Below, in pieces: positions 1-6,881 of a DNA stretch of 64,000 nt. Source of the DNA: a virus (Duplodnaviria; Caudoviricetes); the IMG/VR virus record IMGVR_UViG_3300044253_000005, positions 4,568-68,567 of that record; one strand, given 5' to 3'. Positions within the stretch are counted from its first letter, which is position 1. Each line of letters begins with the position of its first letter. The notes below the pieces were generated by a model. That model searched no databases. It saw only the letters and a list, made by a program, of their open reading frames with translations, and was not told the DNA's origin. Both the position numbers and the translations under genes were made by a program.

Positions 1-142
1 GCTCGGCTTTCAGCGTCGTCGAGCTCAGGTCGCGCGTCTGTTCTTCTTCGCAGAGCGCCACGTACAGGTCGGCCGGCGCCGTCAAGCTGACACCGTTGAG
101 AAGTTCGAGCATCGCCGTCTCTAGGTATGCACTGGCGGGCAT
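1..142 (-). CDS. Phage tail/baseplate-associated protein, N-terminal part (runs off the window)
   Basis: Manual translation from ATG at 142: MPASAYLETAMLELLNGVSLTAPADLYVALC..., resembling the common phage tail family that starts MSxYLExxLLxxxxxxxxxTAPxxxYVAL; follows the BppU-like gene. Confidence 0.55.
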   Translation of the reverse strand, partial: MPASAYLETAMLELLNGVSLTAPADLYVALCEEEQTRDLSSTTLKAE

Positions 143-158
143 GGTCAGTCTCCTGTGG

Positions 159-500
159 TCATGGTTTCTCTACGGTCATCGTGCCGGCCAGCGGGAAGAA
201 GACCTCCGGCGGCACGCCGGGCAGTTCGAGCTGCACGACGTAGTGGGCCTGGGTGGGCGCGAGCGTAGAGGTTTCCTCGGCGGACAGTTCGACCTTGATC
301 TTGCCCGCGGCCCGTTCGAGCGTGAAGCCTTTGCCCTCTCTCAGCGCGACGCCGTTGTCGGCCACGAGCGTGACGACGTAGCCCGTCAAGTCGAGCGCCG
401 CCGTCTTCGAGCGGTCGGTGAACAGCGAGATCGTCGCCGCGTAGGTGCCGCCGATGAGGATCTTCAGCGGTTTGTCGGCGGGGATCAGGTGCGGCGGCAT
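159..500 (-). CDS. BppU-like baseplate upper protein N-terminal domain
   Basis: Beta-rich 113 aa with LDLTGYxxxL and G-x-I-x-V-x-L-S-A-E-E-T motifs typical of the BppU N-domain. Confidence 0.55.
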   Translation of the reverse strand: MPPHLIPADKPLKILIGGTYAATISLFTDRSKTAALDLTGYVVTLVADNGVALREGKGFTLERAAGKIKVELSAEETSTLAPTQAHYVVQLELPGVPPEVFFPLAGTMTVEKP

Positions 501-502
501 CG

Positions 503-2719
503 CTAGCTGCCCCCCGTGCGCACGGCGCGGCGCAGGTCCGCGACGTTGCGGCGCGTCTGCGCGTTGTAGGCGTCGCTCTCGTCCCGGAACTCGGGGTCCT
601 GGGGGCGCCGGCGCGGAACGCGAGCGCCAGCCAGCGCTGCCTCGCGGAAGCCCATGCGCACGACATCGAGCAGGTCCTCGATCGGCACCATCCCGCCGAG
701 CGTCGGGTCGGACTCGCGCACCTTGGCGCCGCCGCCGGCGTCCCGGCGGATGTTCGCCTTGCCCGCCTGCGTCAGCGCGTTCTCGTCGCCGGGGATGCCG
801 GAGCGCCCCGGCGCGCGCGGATCGGCGCCGGCCGGCCCAGCGCCGCCTTCTTCAGGCCCGCCCATGAGCAGGCCGGGCGGGTCGTCCTCACCGACCATGG
901 TCTTCGTCGGATCGAGCTTGGGCACCTGGCGGTACTGCGCGCTGACCATCGGCCGACGGATCACGCCGTCGCCCTGCTTGGGCGTGGCCTTCTTCGCCGG
1001 CACGCCGGGGTCGGTCATCACGCCGGCGGCGTCGTAGGTGGGCGGCTTGCCCTCATCCTCGTCGCCCTCGTCCTCCTGGGCCTTCTCGAACTCGGACGCG
1101 ATTTTCGCCTGCTCGTCGTCGTAGTCGAAGGTCTCGATGTCGAGCTGGCGCGCGTTCATCTTCGCGGCGGTCTCCTTCGAGATCCAATCCATCGACTCGG
1201 CGAACGCGATGTCCTTCAGGGTGGCCGAGCGTTCCTCGACGGCGATCGAGGGGAAGATGAACTCGATCTCGGCGTCCTCGCCGCTGAGCCCGGCCTCCTC
1301 GAACACCCGCCGGGCCATGTCGTGGAGCATTCGCTGGCAGACGCGCTGGCGGCGCTCGAAGCGCTTTTGACCCGGCTCGGTGGCGATCAGCGCGCCGGCG
1401 CGCGCGGTGCCGCCCGACTTGCCCGCGGTCCAGAGATACTGGCGCGAGACCCCGACGCCGTTCGCCACCATCTCGACGATCTCATCGACCGTGGTGTCCT
1501 CGCCGCGCGCGCCGCCCTGGAAGGCCATCGCCGTCAGCTCGGACATATCGTTGTGGGCGACGATCGCGCCCGGTTCGGGCGGACGGCCACCGGGGAAGAT
1601 CGTGTTGCGCAGTGCCTCCACGTCGGAGGCGTTGCCTTTCACCATCAGGTCGAAGACCATCCGCGCTTCCATGTCCGAGCGGACGACCTTGCTCGTGAGC
1701 AGGTCCTGGAGGCGCTTCAGGTAGCCGAGCGCGGGGAACAGATCCGAGCGCCCGCGGACCTCGGCGCTGCGCACGTTGAGCCGGTAGTGGTCGATCTCCT
1801 CGGCCGGGATCTGGCGGATCGTGTAGCGCGTGACGGCCTGCGGTTCGGTCGGCACGCCGGAGGGCGGGGTCAACGTGCCGGCCGCGTCGCCAGGTGCGAA
1901 AAGCTGCATCCGCTCCTGCTCCTGCTGGTGATAGAAGTAGACGGTCTCCCAGTCCTCCTGGTCGGTGATGATGTCGTAGATCCCCGCGGGGTCGAGCGAG
2001 CGCGGGACCAGGCCCGCCAGCGTCCTGAAGTAGCGCAGCATGACCTCGCCGTAGGTGGCGAGGTCGCCGAGGATTTCTTCCAGGCGCGCGTCCATGCCGT
2101 TGCGCTCCCACCAGGCGTCCCACGCCTTCTGCCCCAATTCGGTTTTCGCCACGGCCTCGACGCCGCGCCCAATCACGAACTCGGTGCCGATCTCCACCGA
2201 GCGGTGCGCGAGCGGATTGTGCTGGTAGGCCTCGAAGGCCTTGGCGCTCATGGCGAAGTAGTCCGACCAGTAGAGCTGGCGCGTGGCCGGGCCCGGCAGC
2301 AGCGGGATGTACGCCGCCGTGGGCCCGCGCGTGTAGGGCATCTGGTCGAGGCCGTAGCTCCAGTAGTCGCGCGTGGACTCGCGGAATTTGACCTTGCGTT
2401 TGCCGCCGAAGTTCATCGAGACGAGCGTCGGCATCGTCTCGCGCAGCGCGCGCACCTGGCCCTCGATCGCGCCGCGCGAGGGGTAGGCGCGCACGCGATG
2501 GTCAACGGCGCGACCCTTCTCGAAGCGGCCCTCCCAGAGACGCCCGCGCAGCTCGAAGTCGCCAGTCGGCTCCTCGTCGGGGCACGGCGGCAACGACTTC
2601 GTGATGTCGTACTGGTACTGGTCCGCCGGCGGGTTGAGGACGATCGCGTGAGCGCGTGCGGGATCGTTGCGGCGTGAGCGCGGCGTCGAGCGCGCGGTGG
2701 TTTGCCTACGAGGCGGCAT
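503..2719 (-). CDS. Portal protein with long N- and C-terminal extensions
   Basis: 738 aa; portal-like segments WWERNGMDARLEEILGDLATYGEV, GRSDLFPALGYLKRLQDLL, IEFIFPSI; near TerL; GC3-rich frame. Confidence 0.8.
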   Translation of the reverse strand: MPPRRQTTARSTPRSRRNDPARAHAIVLNPPADQYQYDITKSLPPCPDEEPTGDFELRGRLWEGRFEKGRAVDHRVRAYPSRGAIEGQVRALRETMPTLVSMNFGGKRKVKFRESTRDYWSYGLDQMPYTRGPTAAYIPLLPGPATRQLYWSDYFAMSAKAFEAYQHNPLAHRSVEIGTEFVIGRGVEAVAKTELGQKAWDAWWERNGMDARLEEILGDLATYGEVMLRYFRTLAGLVPRSLDPAGIYDIITDQEDWETVYFYHQQEQERMQLFAPGDAAGTLTPPSGVPTEPQAVTRYTIRQIPAEEIDHYRLNVRSAEVRGRSDLFPALGYLKRLQDLLTSKVVRSDMEARMVFDLMVKGNASDVEALRNTIFPGGRPPEPGAIVAHNDMSELTAMAFQGGARGEDTTVDEIVEMVANGVGVSRQYLWTAGKSGGTARAGALIATEPGQKRFERRQRVCQRMLHDMARRVFEEAGLSGEDAEIEFIFPSIAVEERSATLKDIAFAESMDWISKETAAKMNARQLDIETFDYDDEQAKIASEFEKAQEDEGDEDEGKPPTYDAAGVMTDPGVPAKKATPKQGDGVIRRPMVSAQYRQVPKLDPTKTMVGEDDPPGLLMGGPEEGGAGPAGADPRAPGRSGIPGDENALTQAGKANIRRDAGGGAKVRESDPTLGGMVPIEDLLDVVRMGFREAALAGARVPRRRPQDPEFRDESDAYNAQTRRNVADLRRAVRTGGS

Positions 2720-3455
2720 CGGGCGCCGGGATCGTAGACCCCTCAGCGGCAGGGAGATCCAGCACCCGCTCCAGGCGGTCGTACACGTGCGCCGGGCAGG
2801 CGGGGTCGCGGTTGACTCGCGTCCAGAGCAGCACGAGGTACTCGCGCTGCAACTCGGGGAGCACCTTCAGCTTGCCGGCCAGCCGCTTCTCCAGGCGTTC
2901 GATCTCGGCGATCGCTTCGGCGGTGTCCTGCCCGACGACCGGCCCTTTCGAGCGCTCGTAGCTGCGCCGTTTCTGTTTGGCGCGCGCCTCGTCGGAGTGC
3001 TCGGGCGTGCAGTAGGCCTGCCGGTTGCTCGTCGGCGTGAACTCGACCTCGCACCCGTCCAGGCGGCAGATGCGTGTCGCGGCCTCCTCGTCGCTCGGAC
3101 GCTCGCGGCGCTCGCGGCGTGCGCTGCGCTGCTCGCTCGCGCTCGCCCGCTGCTCGCGCTCGGCCAGGTCGCGGCACTCGGGCGTGCAGTAGGCCTGCGC
3201 CGGCGCCGTGGGCAGGAACGTCTTGGCGCACGCCTCGCGCCGGCAGGTCTTCTCGCGCGGCTTCCAACCCTGGTAGCCCATGCCGGCGGCGCGCTCGGCG
3301 AGCTGGCGCTCGCGCTCCTTCGGCGTGATCCGCTTCTGTGGCTTCTGGTGGCGGATGCGCACCGTCGTGTCGTGGCCGGCGCGCCGATTGCGCTTGCCGA
3401 CCTCGGCGATACGGCGGTCAAGCTCTGCGGCAGCAGCTCCGGTGGGGCGAGGCAC
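2706..3455 (-). CDS. Protein with two tandem Cys/His zinc-binding repeats (start uncertain)
   Basis: CxxxxC-x3-F-x-P-x5-AYCTPE(C/H) occurs twice; a 22-nt DNA repeat (ctcgggcgtgcagtaggcctgc) lies near 3000 and 3178. Confidence 0.6.
   Translation of the reverse strand: MPRPTGAAAAELDRRIAEVGKRNRRAGHDTTVRIRHQKPQKRITPKERERQLAERAAGMGYQGWKPREKTCRREACAKTFLPTAPAQAYCTPECRDLAEREQRASASEQRSARRERRERPSDEEAATRICRLDGCEVEFTPTSNRQAYCTPEHSDEARAKQKRRSYERSKGPVVGQDTAEAIAEIERLEKRLAGKLKVLPELQREYLVLLWTRVNRDPACPAHVYDRLERVLDLPAAEGSTIPAPDAAS
2731..2741 (-). promoter_or_regulatory. Putative late promoter GGGTC-TACGAT upstream of portal
   Basis: -10-like TACGAT 11 nt before the portal ATG; the same 11-mer recurs before other virion genes. 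Confidence 0.65.
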
Positions 3456-3490
3456 GAGAAAAAACCCTAGACAGGGGTCCGGCGTAAGCG

Positions 3491-3571
3491 CTACGGTGCC
3501 AGGCGCTGCATTCGTGTGACGCTTGCGGATCGACCGCCCTGACGGCGAGAGCCAGCTTCGGCAAGGGCCAT
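3491..3571 (-). CDS. 26-aa peptide MALAEAGSRRQGGRSASVTRMQRLAP
   Basis: Strong SD AAGGAGG upstream of the ATG, immediately after two hairpins. Confidence 0.35.
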   Translation of the reverse strand: MALAEAGSRRQGGRSASVTRMQRLAP

Positions 3572-3593
3572 CCGGTCGGCCTCCTTTCCCCAG

Positions 3594-3685
3594 ACGCCTC
3601 CCGGCGCTGAAGCACCCCACCGGGAGGCGTTTGCGGTTCTCCCCCAGACGCACAAACGCCGCCCGCGGGGAGTGGGCGGCGTTTG
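3594..3685. terminator. Pair of GC-rich hairpins downstream of groES (terminator-like)
   Basis: Perfect 11-bp stem 3594-3604/3620-3630 and perfect 12-bp stem 3653-3664/3674-3685. Confidence 0.55.
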
Positions 3686-3731
3686 CTCTCGACCTCCAGG
3701 AGCCTCGTCCGCGACGAAGCCTACAGATCCA

Positions 3732-4439
3732 CTACTCCGGCTCGATGCCCGCCTCGCTGGCCCCAGCCGTCGCCTCGGCCTGGGACTCGGACCCATCCCC
3801 CGCCCCAGGCGCCTCGCTGGACGCTGACGTAGGGCGCTCGGCCTCGGCCGCCGGCGTGATCTTGGCGGCGCGGCCCTCGCCATCGCAGAGCAGCCAGTGT
3901 GTGCGGTCGAGCTCGGAGTCGATCTCGATCTGCACCACGCCGGCGCCGTACACGCCCCCGAGCGCCTTCGCCTCGGCCTCTAGGTCCGGTGCGACCACGA
4001 GCTTTGCCGCGGGTCCGGCGAGCTGGCTGCCGGCGGCTCGCAGGTTCTCGATCGTCAGCGGCAGGTAGGCCTCGCCGGCGAAGTGCTCCTCCACGTCGAC
4101 CACGTCCTCCTGCTCGACCACGCGGCAGAACACGTCGGACTCGCGCAGCATCACGACTTCGCGCAGGTCGACCTTCATTTCCGTGCCGCCGTATTTCGAG
4201 TAGAGGACTTCGTCGCCGAGCTTCAGCGGGGGCGTGTCGTCGACGCCGAGGGCCATGCCGGCCTTTTCGAGCGTGACCTGCTGGTCGACGCCGACGAGCG
4301 GGCCCATCGCGATGATGATGCCGCGGTGCGGCTTCTCGCCGACGTTGTCCGGCAGGATGAGCCCGGACTTGAGGATCTTCTCCTCCTCGATCGGCTCAAC
4401 GAACAGCCGGTCGCCAGTCGGCTCCAGCGTGGTGCTCAT
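3732..4439 (-). CDS. groES: Co-chaperonin GroES (Cpn10) with a ~125-aa C-terminal extension
   Basis: LEPTGDRLFVEP..KSGLILPD..GIIIAMGP..KLGDEVLYSKYGGTE..MLRESDVF; SD GGGAGG before the ATG at 4439. Confidence 0.9.
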   Translation of the reverse strand: MSTTLEPTGDRLFVEPIEEEKILKSGLILPDNVGEKPHRGIIIAMGPLVGVDQQVTLEKAGMALGVDDTPPLKLGDEVLYSKYGGTEMKVDLREVVMLRESDVFCRVVEQEDVVDVEEHFAGEAYLPLTIENLRAAGSQLAGPAAKLVVAPDLEAEAKALGGVYGAGVVQIEIDSELDRTHWLLCDGEGRAAKITPAAEAERPTSASSEAPGAGDGSESQAEATAGASEAGIEPE

Positions 4440-4609
4440 GTGGACCTCCCCACGATTTGCGTTTCGCGGGAACCTACGCCGGGCAGCGGACGGTCGGAGT
4501 GCGAGGGGTAGGTGCGGGGCAGCGGGTGGTTGCGACGCAGGTGCCGGCCGACCGCCTTCGCGAAACTCCAGTAGAGCCAAAGGCCGACGAGGACGATCAG
4601 CAGCGTCAT
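4436..4609 (-). CDS. Small membrane protein
   Basis: Hydrophobic N-terminus MTLLIVLVGLWLYWSFAK; ATGA overlap with groES. Confidence 0.5.
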   Translation of the reverse strand: MTLLIVLVGLWLYWSFAKAVGRHLRRNHPLPRTYPSHSDRPLPGVGSRETQIVGRST

Positions 4610-4792
4610 GGCGCCGACTCTACCGGCCACACTCGACAACTCGACGCCGCGTTTCTCGCTGCGAGCGGGCTACACGCCAAGCAGCTCGCGCACGCGCTGG
4701 CGGACGTAGCGGCGGTAGCCAGCGTCGACCACCACCACGGCGAGCACGACGAGCAAGCGGGGAGGTCTCACGGGACGCGGATCGTAGAGGTC

Positions 4793-4892
4793 GACCGGGT
4801 CGCCGTCGGCTGCTCTGCCGTTTGAGCTACCCACGCCAGCACGGAGGCGAGGGACGGGAGTCGAACCCGCAACGTCCAGCGGCGGCCCGGTC
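4793..4892 (-). ncRNA. Circularly permuted tRNA-like RNA (YrlA/Y-RNA-like topology)
   Basis: 5'->3': GACCGGG C CGCCG C TGG A CGTT [T-arm GCGGG TTCGACT CCCGT] [CCCTCGCC TCCGTGCT GGCGTGGG loop-closed acceptor stem] TA [D-arm GCTC AAACGGCA GAGC] A G CCG A CGGCG A CCCGGTC; the two ends pair. Confidence 0.75.
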
Positions 4893-4894
4893 TA

Positions 4895-4993
4895 GGTGCG
4901 CCCGACGGGAGTCGAACCCGCTACCGCTGGCTTGAAAGACCAGTGCTCTTGAAGCACCCCGAAGGTTGCTCGTTACCGTTGAGCTACGGACGC
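4895..4993 (-). tRNA. tRNA-Glu(TTC) with a ~25-nt insertion in the D-loop
   Basis: Acceptor GCGTCCG/CGGGCGC, discriminator A then CC; anticodon arm CTGGT CTTTCAA GCCAG; T-arm GCGGG TTCGACT CCCGT; D-stem GCTC/GAGC with an expanded loop. Confidence 0.85.
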
Positions 4994-4999
4994 TCGGCC

Positions 5000-5005
5000 A
5001 GCCTA
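5000..5005 (-). promoter_or_regulatory. -10 element (TAGGCT) for the RNA locus
   Basis: TANNNT hexamer with 6 nt between it and G1 of tRNA-Glu, so the predicted TSS coincides with the tRNA 5' end. Confidence 0.5.
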
Positions 5006-5093
5006 TCGAACGGGGGCCCGGTGGCGATGCCATCCGAGCCCCCGACCCGTGTCTCAGTGGTCGAGCGCAAGCCTACGCGAGCGAGCGGCCGCG

Positions 5094-5294
5094 TCAGTCG
5101 CGGAACGGGAACCACGGAATGTGGCGACGCACGCGCTGGCGCCAGCGCTGCACGTTGCGGCGCTGCTCGAACCGCACGATCGCCGCGAGCAGACGCCCGA
5201 CGAAGCTGCGGCCGAGCTGCTCAATGATCGCGTCGCCGAGCGCGCGGTAGGCGTCCTCGGCCTCCTTCCACTCCTCCGAGAACGTCCGGTGCAT
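5094..5294 (-). CDS. Hypothetical protein (66 aa)
   Basis: ORF track; fits minus-strand gene packing. Confidence 0.45.
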   Translation of the reverse strand: MHRTFSEEWKEAEDAYRALGDAIIEQLGRSFVGRLLAAIVRFEQRRNVQRWRQRVRRHIPWFPFRD

Positions 5295-5441
5295 CAGCGG
5301 TTGCGCTTGCGCGAGCCGCGTGCGCGACGAGCTGCCTTGCGCCGGCGGCCGCGCTCGGCGGCGCTCAGCTTGCGCCGCTTGGGCGCCGGCGGATCGGCGG
5401 GACCGCTGAAGTCGTAGCAGTAGACGGGCATGGCCGAGATC

Positions 5442-6881
5442 CTACCCGAACTCGGAGTTGGAATAGCGCGAGCCTTTGCGCGGGCGCTTGGCCGGCTTGC
5501 GCTCGGTCTTCGCGCCGGCGGGCTTGCCGCGCACGGGGAAGACGTTGACGAGCAGGTAGCCGAGCGTGTCCAGCGGGTGCTCGTAGTAGCCGTCCTTCTC
5601 GTAGGTCTCCTTCAGGATCGGGTCGGCCGTGCTGCCCATCGGCGGCGCGCCCTTCGCCCACTGCGCCTGCTCCAGCGCCTCGGTGAGGAAGTCGCAGCCC
5701 ACGTGAATGTGGAGGCGGTCTTCCTTGAGCAGTTGCTTGATGAGCGTCACGCGATCGCGCGGCGCGACTTCGGCGGCGTTGACGTGGACGCCGAAGCGTT
5801 CGACGGTGAAGTGATCGCTCTCGGTGGCGACGCTGGTCTGTGCCTTGCCCGCCGGGTCGCAGCCCGCCGGCGCCTCCTCGGTCTTCACGCCGAGCTCCAG
5901 GTCGCGCACCACGACCTGCTCCATCATCGCCTGGGTGGTCATGCGCTCGGCGTGCAGTTCGGCGTAGACGTAGACGTGGCGCTTGGCCTCGACCTGGGCC
6001 CACAGGTGAATGCCGTGGTGGTAGCCGAAGTCGATCCCGCGCACCTGCGGCCAGTTCGCCTTGGGGTCGCGCTCGATGTCGACCACGTGGCGCGCGCGGT
6101 CGAACTCGTCGCGGAAGACCGACTCGCCGGGGAGCTGGAAGGCGTCAAGCCACTCGCTCGGGTACTCCTGGTGCAGCTCGCGCTCGGTCGGCATTTCTTC
6201 GCGCTTCTCCTCGTACCAGGCCTCGTCGCGTTCCGGGTGCGCGTCCCACGGGATGAACAGCGGGAAGAAGCGCGAGAGGCCGGAGATCGCCTTGCGCCAC
6301 TCGGCGGCGAAGGCGTTGTGGAAGCCGTTGGCCGTCGAGATCCCGATCAGCTTGCCGCCGGCGCTCAGCGTCGGCAGCAGCGACGTGAGGATCTTCGAGA
6401 TCCCCCGGATCTTCGCCCACTCGTCGATCATCACGAGCTGCGCCGTGATGCCGGTGCCGGCGAATTCGGTGGCGGGCAGCGAGTAGATCCGCGAGCCGTT
6501 GGCGAACTCCAGGTGGTCGACCACGTCCTTGACGAGAATCGGTCTCAGCTCGAGCGGCAGGCGTTTGTGCATGAAGCGCACGCGGTCGAGAAGCTCGATC
6601 GACTCGCGCAGCCCCCGGTTGAGGATCAAGCACGTCTGCCCCTCGTTGCAGCTCACCAGCCAGAGCATGTAGGCGAGCGTCAGCCAGGAGAGACCGAGCT
6701 GGCGCGCCTTCAGGAAGATGATGCGCGACTGGCGCTCGATCTCGTGCAGCGCGTCGACCTGGAAGTCCCACAGGTTGAAGGGGATCGGCGGACCACCTTC
6801 GCCCTGCTGGATTTTGCAGTGCGGGATGAAGTGCTCGGGCAGCAGCTTCGCGAGCTTGACGGCCTTCGCGGTGAGCGCCAT
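5442..6881 (-). CDS. terL: Terminase large subunit
   Basis: Walker A-like IIFLKARQLGLS, EFANGSRI, Walker B LVMIDEW, nuclease motifs RGIDFGY, CDPAG, HPLDTLGY. Confidence 0.93.
   Translation of the reverse strand: MALTAKAVKLAKLLPEHFIPHCKIQQGEGGPPIPFNLWDFQVDALHEIERQSRIIFLKARQLGLSWLTLAYMLWLVSCNEGQTCLILNRGLRESIELLDRVRFMHKRLPLELRPILVKDVVDHLEFANGSRIYSLPATEFAGTGITAQLVMIDEWAKIRGISKILTSLLPTLSAGGKLIGISTANGFHNAFAAEWRKAISGLSRFFPLFIPWDAHPERDEAWYEEKREEMPTERELHQEYPSEWLDAFQLPGESVFRDEFDRARHVVDIERDPKANWPQVRGIDFGYHHGIHLWAQVEAKRHVYVYAELHAERMTTQAMMEQVVVRDLELGVKTEEAPAGCDPAGKAQTSVATESDHFTVERFGVHVNAAEVAPRDRVTLIKQLLKEDRLHIHVGCDFLTEALEQAQWAKGAPPMGSTADPILKETYEKDGYYEHPLDTLGYLLVNVFPVRGKPAGAKTERKPAKRPRKGSRYSNSEFG

Noticed and set aside
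4843-4880. tRNA 3'-half as an attP core
   Set aside because: No integrase in the window, and the half pairs with a downstream 5'-half; cannot be fully excluded without the rest of the genome
4793-4892. Interpretation as a two-piece tmRNA or a BHB-spliced permuted tRNA
   Set aside because: It has a full D-stem and no tag ORF or pseudoknot region (unlike tmRNA), and the terminal stem has single mismatches rather than 3-nt bulges around a 4-bp helix
3608-4960. 11-nt identity TGAAGCACCCC between a hairpin loop (3608) and the tRNA insert (4950)
   Set aside because: An 11-mer match is expected by chance in 64 kb of GC-rich DNA; no flanking similarity
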